A stretch of DNA of 64,000 bases from Utricularia gibba. Taxonomy: Eukaryota > Plantae > Magnoliophyta. Under the pieces are notes generated by a model. It did not search any database and was not told the DNA's origin. It saw nothing but the letters and a program-made list of their open reading frames with translations. Shown piece by piece: positions 1 to 11,371 of the stretch (position 1 is its first letter; the number at the start of each line of letters is the position of its first letter). The position numbers and the translations under genes were made by a program. The stretch lies in NCBI GenBank assembly GCA_002189035.1, contig CM007992.1, forward strand, positions 3,534,001 to 3,598,000, given 5' to 3'.

Positions 1-289
1 TAAATTTTTGGTCTATAAAAAACATCTCGTTGGCAAATTGAATTCCAACGGTTCCTTGAAGAAACAGAAAACTGCTCTATCGATATGCTGAAAAGGGACC
101 TGACACCATAACCAGCGCATCCGGTGACAATCCAACAGCCAGTTAGTTGTATGTATCCCTTGCATCCCAAGTACTCCACAATCATCCCTTTACCATGTTG
201 TGATCCCATCCTCATATGATCTCTGTTTGAACAACTCTCTTGCATTTTGAACAACTCTCCACCGTTCAGCTACAGCAAAGCAGAAGGGA

Positions 290-2027
290 ATGAGACTCAT
301 TCTTCCAGCTGCGTCTCTGCTCCTGCTCTTTTCCTGTGTAGGTGAGAATCTCAACACAGAACTGTCTTTGCATGCAGCTTCTGTCTATCATGGATCTTCG
401 TTGTCTCTCAGCTGCGTATGATCCCCTGGATCCCAACGGGAACATTACAGTAAAATGGGACATCATGTCTTGGACCCCAGATGGATATGTGGTAACAATA
501 CATGGTTCCAACAGTTCATGTAGATCACTTGTGTTTTCCAATGGAATCTTCTACCTGTTCAACTGCTCATGTTGATCACTTGTGTTTTCCAATGGAAACT
601 TCTACCTGTTGCAATGCCATGCAGGCCGTGGTCACGATGAACAATTTTCAAATGTATCGCCATGTGATGAACCCGGGGTGGAACCTGGGGTGGGTTTGGG
701 CGAAGAAGGAAGTGATATGGACCATGGCTGGCGCACAAGCTACTGAGCAAGGTGATTGCTCCAAGTTCAAAGGCAATATTCCTCACTGCTGCAAGAAGAA
801 CCCCACCATCGTGGACTTACTGCCGGGAGTTCCATATAATCAGCAGTTCAGCAACTGCTGTAAAGGCGGCGTGTTGTCCTCTTGGGGCCAAGATCCATCA
901 GCTGCTGTGTCACAGTTCCAAATCAGCGTTGGTCAGGCAGGAACATCAAATAAGACTGTGAAGCTCCCACTGAATTTTACCTTTGGCCCTGCTTTGGGAT
1001 ATACCTGTGGACCGGCAAAGATCGTGCCTTCAACTATCTTTTTGACCCCTGATCGCAGGAGGAAGACACAGGCCCTGAGTAAGAAATGAATACATGATAA
1101 AAGCTATGGGTCTGAGTTTTCGTTCACTGATTTCTAACGAAATGAAGTCTTTTTCAGTGACATGGAATGTAACCTGCACATACTCACAGTTTCTGGCAAC
1201 GAGGCATCCCACCTGCTGCGTCTCAATGTCATCTTTCTACAACGAGACCATTACTCCGTGTCCTTCCTGTTCCTGTGGCTGTGAAAACAAAAACAAATGC
1301 ATCAAGTGAGCTGCTGTATTTCAGTTTCATCTGTCAAATTTGCTTACTATTTGCAGCAGGAGTGACTCCAAGCTTTTCATCAGGAGTGACTCCAAGCTTT
1401 TGAGTGTAGTTGGAGTGAACACTCCAAGAAAAGACAATACCCCATTATTGCAATGCACTCACCACATGTGTCCTGTGAGAGTTCACTGGCATGTCAAGGT
1501 CAACTACAAGGACTACTGGCGAGTAAAGATTGCTGTCACGAACTTCAACTACAGGATGAACTACACACAATGGACTCTCGTCGTGCAGCATCCCAATCTC
1601 AACAATGTGACACAAGTTTTCAGCTTTGATTACAAACCCCTTGTGGCCTATGGTTCCATCAGTGAGTATACTTCTACAAGGCACAACATAGACTCATTTG
1701 GGGACTGGGAACTTTAACATTAACTAGTTTGAACTACTTGCAGATGACACAGCGATGTTCTATGGAATGAAATTTTACAATGACTTGCTAATGGAAGCAG
1801 GGCCACTTGGGAATATTCAATCTGAGTTACTGCTTCAGAAGGATGCAAATACCTTCACTCTGACGCAAGGGTGGGCTTTTCCTAGGAAAGTATATTTCAA
1901 TGGAGATGAATGCATGCTGCCTCCTCCAGATTCCTACCCTTTTCTTCCAAATTCAGCTTATCCAGTGAGAGTTTTTGTCTCACTCATGATATCTTCTATG
2001 ATTGTCATCATTTCTGTTCTGTTGTAA
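290..2027 (+). CDS. COBL4: COBRA-like protein 4 (GPI-anchored, secondary-wall cellulose; IRX6/BC1 type), 6 exons
   Basis: Exons 290-341, 412-491, 625-1078, 1158-1305, 1360 (or 1384)-1661, 1744-2027, all GT-AG. Signal peptide MRLILPAASLLLLFSCV, then YDPLDPNGNITVKWD, Cys-rich CCVS motif, LLQCTHHMCPVRVHWHVK and a C-terminal hydrophobic GPI signal. Closely resembles recalled Arabidopsis COBL4. Confidence 0.93.
516..617. repeat. Tandem duplication, 2 x 51 bp, within COBL4 intron 2
   Basis: tcatgtagatcacttgtgttttccaatggaatcttctacctgttcaactgc (516-566) is followed by tcatgttgatcacttgtgttttccaatggaaacttctacctgttgcaatgc (567-617). Confidence 0.95.
1357..1401 (+). repeat. 24-bp-period tandem duplication of the COBL4 intron 4/exon 5 boundary
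   Basis: caggagtgactccaagctttt occurs at 1357-1377 and again at 1381-1401. The translation shows SDSKL twice. Confidence 0.95.
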
Positions 2028-2324
2028 ACGGGAATGCCAAAGTTTTTGAAACAGTGAAATACACCAGGATGAAGCAAACCTTTGATTTCATACAAAAAAG
2101 AAAGAGATGGAGAACAATCATGTTAAGAACAAAAGTCTGGATGAGATGTCCTAATTTCACTAAAGTTTCTCATACAAGATATGTATATATATCATCTCAG
2201 AATGAAAGCTGGGGTAACCTAATTCACGTTTACTGGCCAGTTTCTGGGTTTATTATCGAAATGTGGTGAACTTGGAACAGTGCTAATAAACTCCTGAAGA
2301 AGCTGGCAACGGAAAAATCTGCAT

Positions 2325-3510
2325 TTATACAATGATCCGAACTTCATCTTCGTCATTATATAACCCCTCTTCTTCCCTACTGATTTCAGCATACTCTTCA
2401 AGGGATGATGCAGTGAACAGATCACCAGCCTTATTGGTGTCCTTAAAAGTTAGAACATCTTCGGAAGGCTGAGCCTTTCCTTTGTTCATCTGTAGAAATT
2501 TAACAAAGACTATACTCAAAACATCATAATGTAAGTGACAAGAAGGCTTGGAATGACAATTAAAGCTTCATTTATGGATGAAAACAATGTATGATGAACA
2601 ACGAATCCTATGAAATTCAACTCACAGCTCGCAACAGGGTCCTTCTGTCCCTTTCTCTGGCATTCCTGATTGCCTATATGATTCCAAAGTCGGTCACTAT
2701 TTCACCATAAAAAACTCGAAATGTGCGACTATTGGTCCTAAAATATGTCTAAGAAACATGTAAACCTCATCTAACGCCTTCTTCTCGGCTTCTGTTTCAG
2801 AAATATCTCTGCCATGGAAACAATAAGAAAAATCACAAATCAACTCAAATTCCCACCATGCTTACAATTTGTAAGTGACCTTACAAATCATCCATGGAAT
2901 CTTGAAGGAATCAAACAAATGGTTCAAACATCTACCTCCCAATTACATTTGCAACACTGCACGAACATTTCGCGCATACACTATGCTCCTTGGCACAACC
3001 TGCGAAAACATTCATCATCTTGAACACCAAAAAAACAATCTTGTAACAGGAAGCACCAAAACTGAAAGAGCATTGAAATTGAGCATGACAAGAACACAAA
3101 AACCAACCAGTGCAGAGGTTATGATAAGCCTGTCGAACGTTCCTCTTCGAACACCTCTGGCTACGCAAAAATAAAAAGTCAATATTGCATTTTGCAGGAA
3201 AAAAAAGAGGGGATGCAAATTACCATTTTGCAGGCTCAGTCAAGGGCTTGTACTTCCCATACTTCCGCTTCCAATCGATCTGATCCTTGCACCGAGAGCA
3301 AACCCCAGTTATTTCCGAAAAGGGCCTCTGGCGCCCCCCCAATTCCTGTCATCATTCAAACGATTCAGATAACTGTACATAGATTCAGACTTCACCATGT
3401 CAAATCGAATACAATAAAACCGTAGGGTTAATCTTGCTTCCAGCGTTAGGCTTCCAGGCGAACTGGTTCTGGTGCTTTGGCGGTCCCCTACGGTTGCCGC
3501 CGGTAGACAT
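2325..3510 (-). CDS. DUF2039 / C9orf85-like uncharacterised Cys-rich protein, 7 exons
   Basis: Spliced translation: MSTGGNRRGPPKHQNQFAWKPNAGSKINPT|ELGGRQRPFSEITGVCSRCKDQIDWKRKYGKYKPLTEPAKC|QRCSKRNVRQAYHNLCT|GCAKEHSVCAKC...|DISETEAEKKALDE|AIRNARERDRRTLLRA|MNKG...EEY. Splice sites canonical. The PKHQN, WKRKYGKYK and CxxC pairs match the recalled family. Confidence 0.88.
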
Positions 3511-3514
3511 CTTC

Positions 3515-3670
3515 AACCCTAACCAAGTTACCCCAAAACCCCAGATTAAAAAAAAAAAAGTCATTTATCAAAAAAGAGAAAATGTTTTTTTTTTGGGAAA
3601 ATTATGTTTGTTGGATCAAAAAATCACAAGCCCTATGGCCCATAAAATGCTAACTGTCCCTTCAGGCCCA
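3515..3670. promoter_or_regulatory. Bidirectional housekeeping-type promoter: telo-box-like motif plus two site II motifs
   Basis: AACCCTAA at 3515-3522 and GGCCCA at 3637-3642 and 3665-3670, between divergent ATGs at 3510 (-) and 4039 (+). Confidence 0.5.
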
Positions 3671-4038
3671 GAGCTAGCATAGCCGGTAAACCGTTGTACT
3701 TTCTCTTCAAGGCTCGCCGGCGCGTGGATGCTCGTTCTCTCCGCCAGGTACTCCTGGATACTTCTGGCTACTTCATAGTGTCTATTGGTTTATTCAATGA
3801 GTTTACGTTCATTTTTCTTGAACAATGTTCTTTCAGTTGCAGACTCCATTTGCTTTCCTCTTCTGTGGCGTTTCAGTTTCTTGTTTTGCGTTTGCGTGGA
3901 CAAGTTTTGGATTTTATGTGGAGGCAATCATGTAGTGAAGAAATTGGGAGCGGATTCTACAAAACTTAATCGAGACAGTTTTTACTACGATGGCTGGAGC
4001 TCTCTTCTTTTTGTGGTAAGGCGTTGTTTGCAATCGCA

Positions 4039-6579
4039 ATGAGTGCGGAAGAAAAGATTTGTATTGGGAATCAGAATGTCAATGATGCGGAATATCCCGT
4101 GGTTCGAGAGGGAGTGTTTTCTGAAGATGATGCTGCAAGAAAGAAGAAAAGAAAGTTGGGTAAGAATAAGTTGAATGTTGATGTTTCAGATGAAAGCCAG
4201 TTTATCGACTGCAATAAATCGGAAATGGGATTGGATGATAATCATTTGGAATCTAGTAATTCCGCCCAACCGCCATCAGAAGGCTCTGATGCTTCTGGTT
4301 CAAAGAAAAGTTCCTCCATAGTTAATTTTGGAAGAAAGAAGGAAACTATTCCCCAAGTCACGAATGACAATAAGCCAGATTCAAATTTTGGCGGCGCAGG
4401 ATCTATGGCTGAACCAAAGAAGAGAAAAAGAGAACGCATTAAGACGACCCCTCCTCCAGATCATATCCATATCACGGATGCAACTAAATCAGATCCAGGG
4501 TTGATGGAAAATGTTCTCTTGACTTGCCCGGGTCAAAACTTCCATGATGCAGACACAAAGAAGAGAAAGAAAAATAAATGTGGGAGGAAGAAGGAATATA
4601 TACAGGGTGAAGTTTCATTCATGGACAAGGAAAATCTGGATTCAGAACCAGTAAAAAATGTTCTTGAGACAGGTTTAGGAAGTAAACTGCCTGAGATAGA
4701 AAATGTACATTCACTAGACAATAGCTCTGAGAAGACTATAAAAATAAGGAGAAAAAGGAAGCGTCGAAGAAAAAAGGTGGTGGCAGCCATTGAAGAACAA
4801 GTTGTGGATACAAAAGCCCCTGATGCATTTCCCAACCCAACAGTACAATTTCAGTGTGAAAGAGCATGTATGATTTCAGATTTATCAGAAAAGATGCTGA
4901 ATGAGAATATGGTTATAAAGGCAAAAAAAAGGCGGAAAAAAAAGAAGGCAAAATCATTTCCTGCTGAAGGAACCGTTGATATATCCACAGAGGATGCAGA
5001 GTCACTTGAAAATCTCGCTTATGAAAATGCTGCGAATAATGGAAAAAGGAAGAGGAATTCCAAGAAAATTATAGTTGATGGTCACGTCCAGGGACAAAAA
5101 AATGGAGAAGCTGCTGATGCTGAAAAAACAGATGGTGAAATTTGCTTGTATCCAAAAAGAGAGCTTCCTGCTTTGGTTAGAAGAAAGCTTCTTGTTCTTG
5201 ATTTGAATGGTCTCCTTGCCGATATTATAATGCCAGCCCCAAAAAACTCTAGAGGTTATTTTAAGATACATGGACGTGCAGGTGAGATCATTCTATGAAA
5301 ACTATTCATAATATCGGTAACTGTTAAATTAGTGAATTAGAATGCAATTTATCTGGCAGTTGTCAAAAGACCCTTCTTTGACGATTTTCTGAAATTCTGC
5401 TTCCAAAATTTCGACATAGGAATATGGTCATCCAGACGCAAGTACGCACCCTGTACCTTTCTCCTTATACAACTTTTCAGTACTGTCGTGTAGCATAGTT
5501 TTGGGACCTGTGCAAGATTACTGTGTACTGGGATGATTTGTGTTGCATCTTGTGCAGGGGAGTTATCGATAGCATTGCTTCTTCTTTATTGGGAAATTTG
5601 AAAGACAGGCTTCTTTTTTGTTGGGTAAGAATTATACAAACTTTTAAGGTTCCTTATTGTGCTTAGTGATGGAAAAGAACTCGTTCCAGATTGCATCGTT
5701 TCCGGGGTAGTGTAGTGTAGGAACTCTATGTAATTTTGTGGAACATGATTCATGGATCCACTTCGCAGGACGTTCACTGTTTGTTTTTTCACTGTTTTTA
5801 GGAACTCTTCGTGTTTATCATCGGATTTGGTCATTGAGCACATCTTGTTCTATTTGAATATCTCCTATGCATTTATAGACTCTGGCATATTAAATTGCAT
5901 TTTGATGCAGAATACGCAACACTGTACACAATCTGGATTCAGTACCCTTGAGAACGATAAAAAGCCACTTGTCTTCAAGGAGCTTAGGAAAATCTGGGAG
6001 AGCAATGATCCTAAGCTGCCTTGGAAAATGGGAGATTACGATGAATCGAACACACTCTTGTTGGATGATTCTCCTTACAAAGCATTGCTTAACCCAGTAA
6101 GCTTTTTTTCCTTCTCAAGACTGCAGCTGCTAGCTCTTATACTTGCTATCACATTCTTCAAGTATTTTACTAATCTCTTTGCCTTGAATTAGTTGCATAC
6201 AGCAATTTTTCCTCGTTCATACTGCTATCTGGATGAAGGGGACAATGCTTTAGGTGAGGTTTCTTATTGCAGTTACTCATTGTGTTGTTATGCTTATATC
6301 ATTTTCGCAGCTACATGGTTTCATGTAAGTCTACGCTGGCGAGGCGGGATCCTTCTGATGCTCTGATTAATAAATATGCTTGCAGGTCCTGAAGGTGATA
6401 TTCGTCTGTATTTGGAAGGTTTACTAGAATCTGATAATGTGCAAAAGTACGTCGAGCAACGTCCATTTGGCCAAAATGCAATAGATGAACAAGATGAATC
6501 TTGGGAATTCTACTCCGAAGTTCTTCAGAAGATGTCCATCCTACCCAAGCATAAACAATCAGATCAACCGGCTCACTGA
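4039..6579 (+). CDS. FCP1/NIF-homology HAD-superfamily domain protein with a long Lys/Arg-rich N-terminus, 6 exons
   Basis: Exon 1 (4039-5281) ends ...RRKLLVLDLNGLLADII...HGRA. Later exons give VKRPFFDDFLKFCFQNFDIGIWSSR, LLFCW, KPLVFKELRKIW, NTLLLDDSPYKALLNP, HTAIFP and GPEGDIRLYLEGL. Splice phases are consistent. Confidence 0.87.
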
Positions 6580-6659
6580 GTCTCAACTCAATGGATTTTT
6601 TTTTCTTTTTTTTTTCGGTACTGTGATACATACATCTGCTGAGTAAAGATCTGGCTTTT

Positions 6660-7533
6660 TTAGCAACAGTGAGGCCAACACGAGAACAATGAGCACCGTC
6701 TTCCTCCAGCATCACCACTAACCGTTTCTTTCTCAACTTGATCCTGCAGTGGCTCTGGTTGCTGGTCCGGTTTCTCAGGGATCGCCTTCAAGTTCAAGGA
6801 CTCTGAGCTCATGCTCATCTTCCCTCCCTCATTCACCAACCTGAAACCAAAAGCGGATCAACAAAGAAATTTCTCATGAACAGCTCATTTGCTGCTCTCT
6901 AACTTACACTGGAAAGGCAAAAGATCTGACACTGTTTCCACTCTCGTCTGAGCATCGAGGAGGACTCGGAAAAGAAGCAGCATAAGCTTTCTTGGCCTCA
7001 GGCACGGAAGTGGAAGGAGCAGCCTCCTGTTTAGCACCATTTCCGGCACTGCTTTGAACATCATCATGCTTCATCTCAATCCCAGTTTTCTCCAAGTTCA
7101 TGCCACCGTCTTCTTTTACAGGTTTTTTATGTGAATCAGCCACGTCCTCTTGCCTAGGAATTTCACCAGACTTGGCCAAAACGTAAGCTTGTGAGGCAGC
7201 ATTCCAATCTTCAGGCTTCGAGAGCTCCCCTGATTTGCCAAACAGGAACTCGTAGTCACGGGAAAAGCTATTATTTCCCATGTGAATGCTGAAGAGCTCA
7301 TTGGATGCAACGCTCCATTCCTGAGGATTTGTAACTTTTGTGGAGAAAACAGAGAGAGGGATCCTGTTGGGGTCGTAGTTGGAAGGCTGCGCCATGGTCT
7401 GCAGCGGCGGGGACTCCATTATTGGTGCCTCCAATGCGCTGGGAGGAGGATCCTTCTCACCACTGCTGAATTGATCCTCATGGGAACTTGAAGGTGACAA
7501 AACTTGCTTAGTTTTGTTCTGCTCTGCCTCCAT
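6660..7533 (-). CDS. Uncharacterised plant-specific protein (YDPNRIP / WSVASNE-LFSI family) with a C-terminal Cys cluster, 2 exons
   Basis: Exon 1 is 7533-6908 (donor GT|GTAAG). Exon 2 is 6840-6660 after TTTCAG and ends ...GGRRCSLFSCWPHCC*. Motifs YDPNRIPLSVF, EWSVASNELFSIHMGNNSF and SFAFPV. Confidence 0.8.
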
Positions 7534-8158
7534 TTTTCATTGGATTTTCCCTTATATCACTCTAGCAGCAGCCTGCAACCCAAATCCATTTCTTAGACCA
7601 TAGAGGCACAAATCTGAGATCTCAGTTTCTCATTATTTCTGACATTGTTTGCATATACAGATCTTCAGTGGAAAAGAACAGATCGTTGTGCTCTTGTGGA
7701 AAAAACACATCTTTCAGAATCCATAAAATCGAAAACTGAAGAGGCTTACCTTGATCATGAAACAAGGCATAGAAGAATCGTTTTGGGCCCTATCTCCTTC
7801 CCAGCTTTGAGGATGTATCTCCTTCAAGGTGAAAGATCAAAAAAAGAAAAAGAAAATCTCAAAAAGATTGTGTCAAAAAAGTCTCAAGGAATGATGACAG
7901 ATTGATGCTCAAGAAGGATCAATTGGTATTGGATTTAGGGTTTACTCCTGGAGCAGATTTCTTGGTTAAAATGGAAGGCATACCACCCTTTCAGGAGACC
8001 TCTGCTGCCTGCATTTTTACGTTGCATGGATAGAAATGGAGTAAAAGAGACGACATGTGCAACGTGACAATAATATCATATGTTATAAATTTTATAATAT
8101 CGAGGCATGGAACCAAGAGCCACTTCTGTTAGTGTACATAAACCAGAGCCACCTGGGC

Positions 8159-10230
8159 CTAGAGATTCTTTGCCATGTTTTCTTTGATCAATTTCCTCAG
8201 TATTTTTCCTGATGGGTTCTTCGGGATTGTCTCCACGAACTGCACCACTTTGATCCTCTTGTAGCTTGCAACCTTCGATGAGACGTAGTCCATTATATCC
8301 TCTTCACTTTCTAGTGCTTTCAAGTTCATCACCACGCTCGCTGCTGGTATTTCTCCGGCCTCCTTATCCGGCAGCCTGCAAAATGGACATCACCTCTGTG
8401 ACTTGAACTTACACATGGTTTAGGATAAGAAAGAAAACAAAGGGGGGATGCACTACCCGACTACGGCTGCATCCTCAACTGAAGGGTGAGATAGAAGGAT
8501 GGCCTCTAGTTCAGCAGGAGCAACCTGGCAAACATGTTGTTTAAAGGGTATATTTGCTCTCTTCAGGAAGAATTTCGAGTATGAAGTTCTTTGGTACCTG
8601 GAAACCCTTGTATTTTATCAGCTCTTTGATCCGATCCACTAGGAAAATGTCTCCATCCTCGTCGATGTAGCCGACGTCTCCGGTGTGGAGCCATCCGCCT
8701 TCGTCTACGGTGAGTCGACTTTCGTACTCATTCTTATAGTACCCTAAATGATGCTGAACTTCATTGCTTTCTGAGTATAAAGCTTAGAAACTAAGAAAAG
8801 CAAGTTTTCACCTTTCATGACAGACTGACTCCTGACACAGATTTCTCCTGGTGAGTTCTCAGGAAGTGAATGACCTGTGTCAGGATCAACAAACTTCACT
8901 TCCAAATTTGGAAGAATGAATCCTACTGAGTTCCTCTTTGATATCCTTTGGACCTTGTTTGGATCCCCATGTGTTAAGGTGATGCAGCTGTGCTCTGTCA
9001 TACCGTACGCCTGCCATTGAAAAGCTTTAGTCAAACAACAGAAGCTGGCATCTCTTAAGACGTAGCTAGCCCACCTCCTGAACCTGGACCCCTGGGAATT
9101 TCCTGTTGAATTCGTTTAGAATTTCTGGGGCAAGTGGAGCGGCAGCCGTCATGATGGAGCTAAGCTTGAGCTTTGTGAGATCAAACTCATCGACAATGGG
9201 GTTCTTGACCAGCCCCAGGATAATGGGAGGGACAATAGGAGCAAATGTGACTTGATGGGTCACTAGAGTCGCGAGGAATAGCCTGAGTTCGTATCTTTGC
9301 ATCACCACAACTTTCCCTTTGTTTCTCATTGTGGCGCAGCAGATTCCCACCAAGCCATAGATGTGAAAAAATGGGATCAGCCCAAGAATTGTGACCTTCC
9401 CTATCAGATCCTGGCCGACGCTGAAGAGGGAGGAGCAGAGGTTCGACACCAGGTTCCGGTGAGTTAGCATCACGCCCTTTGTCAAGCCGGTGGTGCCTGA
9501 TTTTAGCAAGTGTAAGCTACAAAGCACAGATTACAGTGCGAAGGTCATTTCTGATATGTACGCAAAACACCTGATGAGAAGGGTAGAGCGCATAAATCAG
9601 ATTGCAGCACCTTTTCCTGGAAAAGATGAGTGCTAGCCTTGTCTGCAGCAGCAAGTAGCTCGCTCCAGTTCATAGTTCCCTCTACTATGTCCTCTCCTTG
9701 CAAGATTATCGGCAAGCCCAGATCTTTAACCTGACGAAAAGCACCTTAAATGGAGGCAAACAGCGCAATCTCGACTCCTTTACTACAACTTACGATAAAT
9801 TCACCTTGTGATAGCTTGCTCCATCAGTCACAAGAAGAGTAGCGTCTGCAGCCTCCACATGCTTCTTGATTTCCGAAACATGGCCGGCGGGGTTAGCCCC
9901 GGAGAAAACCCCTCCGGCGGCCATGATTCCAAGTGCAACAACTCCATATTCAGGGACATTAGGAAGAACAACAACCACTACTCTCCCCTTCCTCAGCCCC
10001 AGTGATCTAAGAGCTCTGGAAAATCTTTGAACATCTCGTTTCACTTCCCTGTAAGTGCAGCTCCTTCCTGTGACTGAATCCACAAATGCCACCATGTCCA
10101 AGTATGGCTCTACATCGGAGAGGACAAACTCCGGCAAGGTTACGTCGTCGGGGACCGGAACCGGTGGATATTTGCTTCGGAAGATGATTTCTTGTTGCAT
10201 CAAGGCTTGAGTATCACTTTCCATGATCAT
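8159..10230 (-). CDS. ACOS5: Acyl-CoA synthetase 5 / 4-coumarate-CoA ligase-like 1 (sporopollenin precursor synthesis), 7 exons
   Basis: [25 protein letters not shown]-binding [55 protein letters not shown] and [17 protein letters not shown]. Matches recalled Arabidopsis ACOS5 along its length. All junctions in phase; stop at 8159-8161. Confidence 0.92.
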
Positions 10231-10388
10231 GCTTAAGGTTTTTCCAAAGGACGTGATGCTATATAGAGAACAATGAAGTCAAAGATCATGTACAGTGAAC
10301 GACAAAAGCCGGAGGAGAACAAGTAAGAATACGTTAAGTCATCTGAAAGACATGATCGGGCCTTCATTGGTCCATTAAGAAAAGTTAA

Positions 10389-10474
10389 TGGGCCTGGGCC
10401 CATTACAGGGAGAGATCCAGGGTCCAGGCCCCCCTTTTTATAATACCCCCAGCGATGCGTTCTGGAAAACCCTA
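10389..10474 (+). promoter_or_regulatory. Site II motifs plus telo box (ribosomal-protein gene promoter module)
   Basis: TGGGCCTGGGCCCA at 10389-10402 and AAACCCTA at 10467-10474, 80-170 bp upstream of the RPS19 ATG. This pairing is established for plant ribosomal-protein promoters. Confidence 0.75.
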
Positions 10475-10554
10475 GGCGAATCGCAGCTTAAGCATCATTT
10501 CTCAAATCGCTTCGGGGGCTGCCATTCGGAGTGCGATTTCCTTGAAACTCATCG

Positions 10555-11371
10555 ATGGCGGCAAACGGGAGGACTGTTCAAGATGTATCTCCTCACGAAT
10601 TCGTCAAGGCCTACGCCGCTCATCTCAAGAGATCGGGGAAGGTGAAGTTGTTTTATTTTTCGTGCTCCTTCTCATGTCAGGGTTCATTTGCGCGTCAAAT
10701 CTTTTAACATGTTATGATTCATTGGGCAGGTTGTTTGCATTTTGTATGTATTTTGTGTTCTTCGACTTGTCTGTTTATGTGTTTTCGATGTGGTAAGCAA
10801 TCTCAGCTCTTTGTTTATGGGATTGATTTCTTCTTTTTGTTGTTTTATATGGCAGATTGAACTGCCCGAATGGGTTGACATTGTGAAAACTGGTGTGCTC
10901 AAGGAACTTGCTCCCTATGATCCTGATTGGTACTACATCAGGGCCGGTACGAAGCCTTATTTATCTCACTGCCCTAGTCTGTGACATCATGTAAGAGTGG
11001 TTTTCCATGTCAAAGATCATATTTTTGGTTATGCAGCTTCTATGGCGAGGAAGATATACCTTAGGGGAGGTCTTGGTGTGGGTGCCTTCAGGAGAATTTA
11101 CGGTGGCAGCAAGAGGAATGGAAGCCGACCACCTCATTTCTGCAAAAGCAGTGGCTCCGTTGCTCGTCACATTCTTCAGCAACTCCAGGAAATGAAGATC
11201 GTTGAAATTGATACAAGCGGGTAGCCTTCCATTCCCTTGTTTCTTCTGGGGTGTGCTTCCTTCCATATCCTAAACTCCATATGCTTATTTTGCAGTGGCA
11301 GGAGAATCACATCAGTGGGTCGTCGGGATCTCGATCAAATTGCAGGAAAGGTCGCCATCGTTGCCCCATAG
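10555..11371 (+). CDS. RPS19: 40S ribosomal protein S19 (eS19), 4 exons
   Basis: [29 protein letters not shown]|[30 protein letters not shown]|[24 protein letters not shown]...|[28 protein letters not shown] introns. Confidence 0.97.

Noticed and set aside
8159-8170. Peroxisomal PTS1 at the end of the 4CL-like protein
   Set aside because: The terminus is KNL, not a canonical SKL-type signal, and the sequence matches ACOS5 rather than the peroxisomal 4CL-like clade.
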